Assembly (NCBI GenBank): GCA_002633005.1
Contig: NMRA01000059.1
Span: 833,150 to 897,149 of the forward strand
DNA length: 64,000 nt
Origin: Phoronis australis
Lineage: Eukaryota; Animalia; Phoronida
Direction: 5' to 3'
Shown: positions 26,527 through 38,500 of the stretch, piece by piece
Position numbering within the stretch: position 1 is the first letter of the stretch
Layout: every line of letters starts with the position of its first letter
Position numbers and translations under genes: made by a program
Notes under the pieces: model-generated
Seen by the model: the letters and a program-made list of their open reading frames with translations, nothing else
What the model was told of the DNA's origin: nothing
Databases searched by the model: none

Positions 26527-29500
26527 CTGGAAAACAAACACTTGTTACGTATTCGGGAAATGATCCAAACTGATTACATCTTATTGTTGTGGTAGAATAT
26601 TTACAGACAATTTTGTGGTGGGTTGCATAAAACTTCAAAACTGAATAAGTTTAATTGTTTCATAACGTCATATAAATTGTAAAACAACAGCAACATGATG
26701 TGTGTTGACGCAATGTCATTGCAGCTATCAAACGTATAACTCTCAACAGGGTCCAGGCTTTACACACCTATCAGTCAAGTCCGACACTGATCAGTTTAAG
26801 CCTCCGATAAGGTCCGTGCAAACACTTTATCTGTCGTACTTGGGCGAAGGAAACGTGATTAATAAGTAATATTAAAATCTATGCTTAACCAAACAGATCT
26901 CAATACCACTAAAAAACTTCGAATACACGTTTTTGATCCTCACCATGAAGGCTACATACTGGCACAGATTGAGCGCTCAGCGGAGATTGGGGTCAGCCGA
27001 AACGTGGGAAACTGATTGATTATTTGCTTAATTTGTTTTGTAAACATTTCTTACGTGCATTGGAGTACATACAGTATGAGAAGAACAGTAACTTACGAAA
27101 ATATCTGACAATAAGGTTTGGATTCGCACTTGTTTTTAAAGACTTGATATTTGATGGCAGTCCAAAGTAGCGGCCCCTATAACAATTAGCTTTGAGCTCG
27201 TTCGAAATCATAAATGAAAACCAATCAGGTACCGATCGAATGGTAGGGTACGTGCGTTTGATTGTGAAAATCTGAGATTTGGATGTACTTCAGTCACTAA
27301 AGTTGTCTGTATGTGATTTTTAAGATACTCACCATAACAAAACTGAATCCGTCCCACAGCTCTCTCCAACCGTCAGGACAGTCGGGAGCTCTCTTATTTT
27401 GGCTGTGCACGGCAATGGGCTGAGAGGTGGCGTAACAGGCGGCGCAGCGGCCAACATATGGCAGGATTTCACTGGCTGACACGGGCGCCAGAGGAGCAGT
27501 TCTGTTAGTTGACAACCAATAAGAGGCGGCTGTTCGGCTTGCGTAGTAGCACCGATTACGAATACCGCAGAACATAAAGGGCATGGGACTGAACTCCCTC
27601 AGGCATGAACCAGCGGATCCTGGTTAAAAGACAAATGATAGTGAGTTGGTGCAATTGTCTGCAATGGGGAAGCAAATGGACGTGCTTTTGACTGCGAGCC
27701 ATTTCTTCAACGAAAATCTCGAGTAACTCTATGTGGTGTTAAAGCCCTGCAAAGTGCCGATTTGAAACTACTATAAATCAATGTTTTAAGCTAGATGTAG
27801 TGAAAATACATGAAAGAGTATCGCGTGGTCTTACCCAGGTCTTGCACATTAGCTCGACCGTCATCCTCGGTATGAAGCAAGCTGTACCCCTCCCATAACG
27901 TGATATGGTCATCATCACATAGAGGAACGTACGCGCTTTGGCTGTGACGAGCGTAGACGAAAGCAGTTCGTCCGCCTCCTACATAATTCGACGGACCTGA
28001 GAAATTAAATGAACAAAAAAAGATTTGAGCGAGATCAAATGTTACAATAGTCGTAAACATCTAGTTCTATCTCCGGAACAGCGTATTTCCACAATTGCAG
28101 TGTAAGAAATCCATCGCTTGCCACAGCCGACTGAACACTTACTAATGATGGACCGGTACATATACTACCCTTACCTTGTAAGCTGAACTGCAACCTCTCA
28201 CAAGTACAATTGCCACGTACCATGTACCACACGGTCCTTGTAGTGCGGTGGTAAGAGCTCTTGCAGTGCATGGTAAGAGTTCCGCCCCGTGGCAAGTGCG
28301 TGTATTCTGCGGCCGGTAGAAAGGGTTCTACTACCAACCCCGAATCTTTTATCTACCTGCTACTTCTGTGTTTATTTTATCAAAAAGATTTTAAATACTG
28401 AAAGCAACTGGGAAAACAACAAGTTTTACTTCCTAAAATTTCTTCTTTAAATCTTGTCTTCTGTGCGAGTTGTACAAACCTGATGTTTTTGACACGTGTC
28501 CACTAATGAAACTACATCTCACTCCTAATTTCAGACATGTACAGATCAAGTTTTAAAAAGAGAAGTGCTGAAGAATCATTTGGAGATTATAGGAAAAACA
28601 TCAGCAGTATTAGCCACCGAGAGTGATGGCTTTAACCACAAAAACATGGGTTGGTTGTTTGATATGCAATAAACATCCGATTCACTTCACGAGAGGTGAA
28701 CAATGGAAAATGGCAAAGTTGTTACAGAGGTCATTTATCTCGGAAAACGAATTTCATTGCTCTTGACATGACATAAGCAACAGCTTGACATAACGTAAAC
28801 TGAAGTCATTCTGACAGAGGGGCTCACGCTATCATCATACACTCACTTGGCGTTCCTGGGTTTCCGGGTGCACCGGAAGGGCCGGGCTTTCCTGGAGCTC
28901 CTGGGGTACCTTCGCCACCTGGTCGTCCGGGTCGACCCTGCTCGCCCTTTGATCCCTTGGGACCTTCAACACCTTGTCCAGGTTCACCTGGAGACCCCTG
29001 CCTGCCGGGAGGACCAGCTACAGGTACAAACTGACCAGGTTCTCCCTTTTCCCCTGGCAAGCCGACTCCAGGATTTCCGTCACGACCGTCAAATCCAGGC
29101 AATCCTGATTCTCCTTTCTGACCTGGGGGACCTCTCGGGCCTGGATCGCCGCGCTCTCCCTTAATACCTTCCGGTCCTTGAAGTCCTGGAAATCCAGCAC
29201 CTTCGTCTCCCTTGGGGCCAGGAGGCCCGGGTAATCCGAACCCATCACTACCTGGTGGACCTGGGGGACCAGGCCTGCCTTCTCGTCCTGGAAATCCGGG
29301 TTGTCCCAGTTCACCGGGGGGTCCAGGTTCGCCGGCGCCAGTATCACCCTTGTCTCCTTTGGGACCGTCTTCTCCAGGGAAACCTGGAGAACCTGGGTTT
29401 CCTGCCCTTCCTGGTGGGCCGGGCTCCCCATCACGACCGGGAAATCCGTAACCTACTGGTCCTTCCTTTCCTAAAATGACATAGGTTATTAGACGGGGTT

Positions 29501-32500
29501 TACAACTGACATCGGTCTTGCATTATTTTGCTGGAAAGAAAAGAACCAACAATAAAGCATGCATATGATTAAACATGAGTCAATTCAGTTATATAATACG
29601 ACTGTCTTAAACTTTTCACAAGAAGAACATTTTAATGTCTACAGCGCCTATCAAATGCCTTTTGTTACAGAAAACAACCTTTGATTTAAACCAGTTACTG
29701 TTTGAAATTTATCTCAATTATTTGTTAGTAAAAGTGTAGAGAATTTTAGCGCTTGGAAAGAACTGACAGCTCGTTATTGCGTTAGATCAAGCGCTATAAA
29801 TTAGCTTGTCACGGCGTGTCAGAATTATGCACGAAGCATGTCCTGCAAGGAATAACAACATATTGATTCTTTACGAACCCAGAAATCACTTCTTATGTGA
29901 GTAAAGATCTTGGTGAGACCAATTATGTTGCGGGTTGTGGTTCCATTAAAAATTTAGCTTCTTGAACGGAACGCGGGTTTATGGAGAGAGAGTAAGGGCC
30001 TGTTCCGTTGAGTGAGATACTTAAGTGAAAGATAGTTAAGTCACGTGTTCCGCGTGTTATGCCGTGTAATAACTCTTAAATAGTTGTGTTCGCTAGCTAA
30101 TCTAACAGAATCTATTTCTGAGAAGCGGAGTTTTTGTGATAGATCAGCTACATTAGGTGAAGGTAGAAGTCCTCGTCTGGAGCACAGTATACTGTAGCTT
30201 GATGTGACAACGAAAAGATCGCACCTTTTATATGAATATGATTGGTAGTTTGTGTGATGCTCACCTGGTGGGCCTTGTTCTCCCTTTTCACCTGTAGGAC
30301 CCGGGTCACCAGGTAAACCAACGTCACCTGCAGGACCCTGCGTAGAAAGTTTTTCATTTAAAGTAACCTGCCTTCAGCCAAACACACTTTGTCTTACACT
30401 TCTTTATCGGTACAAAACTTGTCTCGACTTATTCAGGTTGAAATGAAATCTCGGCTTGACTATATTGAGACTTGCCTCGATTTGGTACGAAAAGTGAATT
30501 CGCATGTGAGGAGTCTCTTCTTGTCCGGGTAAGGAGCAATTTTATAACGGTACGTTCTTTTAATCAGAATGATTTTTTTGACAAAAGTCAGGTTTATAGC
30601 AGCCATAACATCTCGCGGACTCTCGTTGGTGAGGTAGACATGCACACTGCCGTTTTGTGGCGTCAAGACCGCAAATCGAGTGAATGATCCACGCAGTCTC
30701 GGATCACTTGACAAAAATGCATGATTTGCAGAAAGCATACTCGATGAACATTTTCCTGGGTAAAGAAATTCCGCGAAGAGATGGATTTATGCCTTGGTAG
30801 TTCCATCGGATAAATTCGAGGTGTCAGAAACGGCAAAGAATTGCGAATTCGGCATTTTCTGTCCTGAATCACAATCTCCCTGCTGCCCCAGTGCAAGAGT
30901 GGAGAAAAGATGCCAAACTTTCTTGACCGTTAGACAGATTCGCAATTTTAGGGTTGATCAACCCCAATCAATTCTGAAACCTTTTCTTGTGTAGCAGATG
31001 GCTTTAATGTTCTTATTGGTAACGGTGAGGAATGTAGTGAAACTGATTTTATGAGAGTGAGAAGGTCTAATCCAATTTCCTTTTCGGACAGCTCAGCATG
31101 TCGACGTGGAGCTTCATAGCGTTAATAAACTTTCCGACATGCCGTTTTTAAGCGATCGCAAACATTTTCCCCACGCGGTGATAACATCCCAGATTGCTCA
31201 GTAACATGCGAACGTGTTCACATTATCGACTTTAATATTCATGCTTCTCCTGGGTGAATTTACATGAAAAACATTTTAATAAAGTGATTCTTAGGAATCC
31301 TATGCCTACCGGAAGTCCATCTAAGCCATTCAAGCCAGGTCTACCGTTGTTTCCGGGAGCTCCTGAAAAGTAATACGGTAATAACATTGGTTACTACATC
31401 TTCAGTGGACTATATTAAAACAACCATGAGTCGGAAGGGAGTCCTACCATGGAAAACTAACAATTTCACAATTCTTGCAGGTATGGATAGGTTTAGAATT
31501 CCGGTTGTAGATCTAAAATCTCAGTAAGGAGGCAGTGTGACCTAGCGTGAAAAAATGTCGGTTTCCTTTTAAAAATGTTGGATTTCGTGGTTTCAAGTTC
31601 CACTGGGGCAAATTGCTAGACCCTTGAGTTAGGTCTCTAGCTCCTCAGCTCGGTTTTAACGATACATCAGTAAAGCACAAACATGGTTTCAGGTGATCAG
31701 TGCAATCGGTCCACCTGAGCGGCCTGCGTACTTCTGGTGCAATGCCAGCCAGACCGCGTACAATTATTGTTTATACTATCTCAATAGTAACGGGTCATAC
31801 AAATTATTCCACCAACCTGCAAATTCCTGTGGACAGATTTCATTTGGTTTATGGACTTCAACATTATTATGAAGTTCACCATTTAAGAGAAAAGAATGAC
31901 ATTGCACTACAAAAGTACTGAACAAACTTTGTGATTGATCAATGTTATTCAGTTAGGCCCCGACCTTGACCTTTCACCCTGAGTATCGTGAATTTTAAAT
32001 CTTGGCAGTGGCAATCGATTTCCACAAAAATAATTACTGTCAACAACTATGAGCGTACAGCTCAAGTTAAGCTCTTGTCGCTAACGAAACATAGCGCAAC
32101 ATCTAAATTAGACAGAGAAGTACTTAATATTGATTCGATACTGGCGGTAGGGTGGTTACATGTGTAGTCTCAGACGTATTGAAACTATTCAGTACTAATA
32201 ATCTATCTTCCCGTACAATTTAGATTACCTGTGAATTATCTGAAGTATTTACCTCAGGAATGTTGAGATTACTTACCTTCCAATTTTTTCTAAATGTGTA
32301 AACACTGATGGCGCTGACTATAATTGCAAGCGCAATAAAGCGCACCACATTGATTTAGGCCACTTACTAGTACCCGTCACGTTCCTTACTCAGATTACTC
32401 AAGTGGTTTCTAGCTTTCGATCAGGAAAACTGATATGCTAACATTGCTTTAGGTCAGTTCCATAAGCGTATCCCACACGCGTTGAATCAGTCGAGTGCAA

Positions 32501-35500
32501 TAAGGCCATGTAATAATGTTTTCCGTATTCACCTCCCGCACTACTTCAACAGTGACCTCTGATATGGAAAGTTCAAAAGGTAGGTCAATGTCGACTCGAC
32601 GTCGTTAGGTGGTTCGATCATAAAATTTTACGGAAATAGTTTAAAGTCATAGAATTGCAGGAGCGTAAATAACACTCAGCATGCAATCAGGTCCCAATCG
32701 CAACATCCAGAACAGGACTGTTATGTGACAGTTCTGTCTCAGTTTTCAATTGCTAAATATTATATCGTCTGCAACTAAGGCGTCGATTCCTCGGTAACTA
32801 TAATATCAGATGTTGTTATTGAACTATTTTCAGGAGATGTTACAAGTTCAATGCACAGTTTCCGTTGCTTTCGTCTTTGTTATCTCTTTTCAAGTAATAA
32901 ATCGTTACTTTTAAAACTGTTTCATTTACTAGAAAAAAACTTGCAACCTGACGCGCAAGTACATACATATAGGATGTGAACAGTCTGAGTGAAGTATTTT
33001 AAAACACTGCGAAAAAATGAAAGAAACGTAGGAATTCGAAGCGTATGGGATCAATACTAAACGTACCATGATTGGCGTAGATGACGTAATATCCCACTCG
33101 ACGTTATTCAGCGTATAATGAGGAATAATGTCTCGTGGGATATTATTTCATCTACGTCACTCTCGGTACGTTTTGTGTATTTACTTCTCACGTCGGATTC
33201 ACTCGGCAAGGCAGTTTGACCATCAGGGTAATGTCGGATGACTTATTATAAAGATTTCCTAGCATATGAATGACATGTTGTTGAGTTGGAAGGCCAAATT
33301 ACGCTTCTGGAGAAAGCTGTTTTTAACTCTAGAACGTGGTTTAAATCTGCTGTATTGAGTTCGTTTGGCTCAACACCAACGTCTTAAGTTTAAAGTGCGT
33401 CTTGGATCAGACGATTCAAAACCACTCTCACCTGGAGGCCCAGTTTCTCCTTTGGGACCCGCTGGACCATTCGCAGGGCCAGGTTCTCCAGGAGAGCCGG
33501 GATCACCCTAAAAGGTATTGAAAAACTCAATTCGACTGCATTTCTATGGAATTGTCTCTAGGGGCACACCGGTAGTCGGATCCGTCCGAAAATTCAGTCA
33601 TGCCGTCTCCCATCCATAAATTGAACATATCTACAGAATTGCATGAACATCCGTCCATATAATTATGTGGGCGCATAAAAAAGCAAGCATATCGAGCATT
33701 GATATCTGCCTGTTTTCAAATGGCTTTGCGTCAGCATTGCCTCAGAAAAATAATAATCGCTATTTTAGGACGGGCTTATTGCATAGCACACTTCAAATAA
33801 CATGCTATTCTGGCTGCAGATTTTAAAAGTATCTTACTTCAAACTTAATAATGATAACCATAATAATGATAATGATAATAATAAATATGATGGTAGTAAT
33901 AATAATAGCAATCATGTTATTAAGACAGTGACATTGAAATTCGCCAAAACGGTAGGCACTTTACTTTGGCCTTCTAAAAGTACATTGCAACAACTACACT
34001 TTAAATTCACTGGTCTACTCAACAAGTGTGCCAGCATGATTGAACTTAGATGTTTATAAATTTGAAATAGCATTCATGAGCTTTTCTTCTCTAATACTTT
34101 ACATTTTAGATATTTTAAAATTAAACTGACCTTGGCACCGTCACACCCGGGTATGCCGGGCAAACCAATAGTTCCTGGGCCTCCTCGCACGCCGGGAGCG
34201 CCATCTATACCGTTTAGTCCAGGCTCTCCGGGCAAACCCTAAAATAAAAAGTATTCTACAATACGCAAGTGAAAATTCCACTAGCTTTCATTTGGAATGC
34301 GTTGAGATGCTCTTTCGTCACGCTCGCAAGGTCTGACTTTGGAGATACCAGCTGCTGACTTGGTGACTTGAGAGAGTATTCATAGTTCTTGTTGCGCGCG
34401 TAATTGTTGAGCATTCAAACATGTTTTCGAAAACCTCATTATTGAAACAATGTAAGAGGTAAATTAAACAATATTTAAGAAAATAAAATCTAAAATCATT
34501 ATTTCTGCTTTAGTTTCCAATCGTGGATGCATGATGAGTGGGGGTTCATCAAGTGTGTAATTGTTATTACTTCTACTTCGAGTAGTTGCGGGTAACTAGA
34601 GTGACAAATGAATGACGTTTTATTTGAATTGGCGTCCCAGATTGATACAGAAACGGTGAAAACCCGATCCAAAACCATGCCATAGAAACCGAAAATGACA
34701 CTCAGCGTCAGGTCCTATTACTCCCTAACCTCCCCCCTCCNAGACAGTTCACAAGACGGAGTGCCCCCGAACGCTGAGTCTATGTGAACACTGGATACTT
34801 TTGCGCCGATCGTTTTTGCGACACTCGGGCCCAGTAGTCAACGCCTTTGTGCTGCCCCGGTCGTTTGAGAGGCCAACTCGCAATCGGTGCCGCACATTAC
34901 AGGGCTACCGCCCCACTACATACCCAACTGAAAGCAGGAAGACATCGCAACAATAATTCGTGACTTGAATCAGTCTAACAAGTATATGTTCAGAAATGTA
35001 ATCTGTATTTACACAGAATGAACGTTCGACAATTTGTATTTCTATTTGTATAATGCACGAAGTAAGTAACTTGCAGATTTAAAATCAGTCAAGGATAACC
35101 TATACGACCTAATCATACTGCTACGAATAGTCTCGAGTGCATTATTGAAACCTAGTTATTTAAATTTCGTGCCTCGGCACTCCCGTGATATACTCACGCG
35201 AAATCCATCTAAGCCTGGGGGCCCCATGTTGCCTGCTGATCCTTTTGATCCCGGTGGTCCAGGGAGACCCTCCGGTCCTTGAAGACCAGGATTTCCAATG
35301 GGACCAACTCTTCCATCAAGACCCTAAAACATCAAGCACAAAGTTAGACGATTTTTTTTTCTAATTTGGTGACTTACAACAGTATTTAAATGTGTCTTTA
35401 TGACTATGCTCATACTAAATATGTTACTTAAATTTCATTCTTAGACAGAGTCAAGTTTAAAGGAGAATGCCACCCGATTTAATTAGTCTTTTTACCGTCT

Positions 35501-38500
35501 TAATCGGTCTATATCCACATGGCGTCTTAAACGGTTGACCTCACCTTGCCGAGAGGTGTCGCGTTAACCTGTGAGGAAGGTGAGTAACGACGCAGCGACG
35601 TTAGTGGTTCGTCTGCAGAGCGAATGCCGCTATATTGCGGTGCATCGTTCCCTCTTGTCCGAACTATGAAGCTGCAAAGAAAGCGGGTATACCGTTTTTT
35701 CGACTTCCTCGAGAGCCCGAAATGCTTAGGAAGTGGCTCGCGGTAGTGAAGAATGAAAAGTACGCTGTTAATAGCAAGTATGAGGCCGTGAAACATCTCC
35801 GTGTCTGTGGCTCGGGCGATAATTCTCCAATGTCCACTCGGGCTCTAGATAACGGGGGATAACGACTTCGCCATGTAATAATCTATATTTGTGTTCGTGA
35901 TGTCCAGTCCGCGGGTTCCGAGCAACTGGCGGGGAGTAACAAGCGTTTTGTGTGTTAAGAACTGAAAAAATCGCAACTCTAAAAGTACAACACACAGCTA
36001 TGTTTCCCCGTCTGAATATCACTGAAGAATGATTAGAATTTATCACCAAACAGGCTCAAACTCCCGCGATCGACCATGGTAAATTGGCCTACTGAACTCT
36101 GTAGGCTACGGTACGTTCAAATACCTATAAATTCGTAACAGCGAAATAAAACAACAAGTTTGTTCAAGAACTCGATGTATTTGTAAGGGGTTAACATCGA
36201 ATTTTGATGACTTATTGGTGTAAACGATGAATTCAAGCGATAAGTTGACACCAGTAAGCGTGTTGTGAACGGCTGAACAGACTGAACCCATTACGTCATT
36301 GGTTAATTTCAACACCTCCGTCTACCGCTAGGTGTCAGGTAAAACAACTGAACTTGCTGTGGAACTGCTCGATCTAAATTGATACAAATTAGGTTGTTTT
36401 TGGGTGGCATTCTCTTTTAAGCCCAGTCACCTGGGCCCAGTTGCATAAAAGTTATACCCCGTATAGCAACAACGGCGTTGCATTATCACGCGTCACGTTG
36501 TTATTGTTGAACAATGCACCTGACGTCATGCAGCAATCAAACTTATCCAGCGGATGACTTTTTAAGCTTTATTCAACTCAGCCCAGGTAGCGAGATAGTC
36601 TCGTCCCCAAGCCTCAAGATGGTGTTGATCGGTTAGTCTCAAACTCGCTGGTTCCTGCTTGTCCGCTAGGTGGTAGTGAACACGCAAGTATCATTTAGTT
36701 TTACTTGGGAATTTTTTACACCGGCCTTGCTGATTGCAGGTAGCATTTTACGTAAACAATTTGGCATGACTGATGAAGGAAGCGTAAATGTGTACATAGT
36801 CTGTTATACCGATAAATCGGTGCTTAATTCATGTTCAAGAAATGCGGTTGTGCCTTTTCGGAGTGAATTTTTCTACAGTCACTGACTTTTGTTTACGATA
36901 CTGTCCTGTATTCACTCAGTATGAATAACACACTGGTTAAATCGGCCAGATGTGTGTACATCTGTATATGTATGTGCTTCAAGCACGCGGCTACTAAACC
37001 GTTACTGCAGAAACGAAATATTTGCTGCCACGTCACTGACAAGGCAAAAAAACGTTCATAGTCTGCCATTTCCTTTCTTTGTTCTAAACCTCACCAATGA
37101 CTGCCGAAGTTACATCAACCAGTGATAAATCGCATGCTACTGAATGATCAAGATACCTGGGTGTTCGTACACGTAGGTCACCAGCAAGAGCCTCAAATGG
37201 CTAAACCGATCAGCGCCATTTTGAGGCTTGGGACGAGACTGGTCTACGAGTCGGTTCACCTAGAGCTGACAAATGATGACATTTCGTGAGTCTGCTCAAA
37301 AGTAGTTCAGACAAAGAGACAGTTTACTGGAAAGGGGAGCGAAAGAGATAAAACACAGTTAAATAGAGCGAAAATAGCTGTTTAGCAATGCTGTTGATGC
37401 CCGATTTTTCAACAATTAAATGATGCTATGCTTTCTGCCACACTGTGGGCAGATAATCTTACCGCATCTAATTGTATATGCTAATGTTGGCTTACTAAAT
37501 GTTTTTAAGCCTAAAGAATATACGTACGTCACAATTTTTATTTCGGCAAATACGAAGCAATTATCATGTTGCTAGAGGGCCTACCGAGGATTTTTATTAT
37601 TCTGAAGTGACTTTGAGTCCAAAAAGAGAACTCATGGGGCTCTTTTGGAAACATTGTCTAGGCCTACAAGCAGCACCCTCATTCCGTCGTGGGCTTCAAA
37701 AACATATTGTAGGAGGGTATATCGTGTTCTGGCACAGCGTCACAGTTGGAAGACCCTGTGAAAGGGTGATAAATGACATGCAAAAACCCGTGTACGAGCA
37801 TGCCACAGTTAGGGTGTCGTTAGTCGTAAACATATGGGTCTAATTTTGCAAAAAGTTTCAAGTCCAGATAGAGTTCCGTAGACCCAAGAAGGAAGCTAGT
37901 GTGATCACGCGCTTCGCTTTACATGCATGACCGTCGCTACTTCGATTTTTATGGTCTCACGGTTCACTGAATATAGTTTATGAAGGTGATCGTGAAGCGT
38001 GGATGTGAGCAAGGCTAAATAAAACGATACGTTGTTACAGAAAACGTAGCGATGCATTCTCATGACGCGCGTGCTTTCGACTTTCTCACATGTAGCTAGA
38101 CCGCGGGTAGCCCAAGACCTTCAACAAAACGAGCCATTGTTCGGAACTGAGGTGGAAAATGATGCCTTGTTACCTTGATGGTATTAGAAAACAAGAATTC
38201 GTGTAGAATGCGTTTTAGCCTTGTAGCAGTAGCAGCAAGCCACAAAGGTATACCTCAGTAGACGCGTTTGCCAACGTCAATCAAACGAAGTGTCCGAATT
38301 GTATTTTCCAAGCAATCGGAAAGACGTTCGGTTAATCAATGTCAAACTGTATTGCAAGATCTTTTCACAGTGCCACAGTGTCCTTCGTACCACTGCGAAA
38401 GACTGTACGTCTGTAAGAGGGGGGTGCCACTTCAATCGAGGCAATTTAAATATAACAGAGGTCCGACGACATTTCATTTGATACTGAAATTTGAATTAAT

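Noticed and set aside
26131-26595. 154-aa plus-strand ORF
   Set aside because: Antisense shadow of the terminal NC1 exon; no motif.
29018-29479. ORF-track entries 29018-29434(-), 29212-29451(+), 29255-29479(+), 28847-29164(+)
   Set aside because: Shadow or antisense frames of the Gly-X-Y exon.
30440-31000. Intronic ORF cluster as a nested gene
   Set aside because: Short, stop-ridden frames with no motif or consistent splice structure.
34741-34741. Single N (possible gap hiding collagen exons)
   Set aside because: It lies between two exons that are contiguous in the canonical 7S register and upstream of the shortened region, so it cannot explain the short helix.
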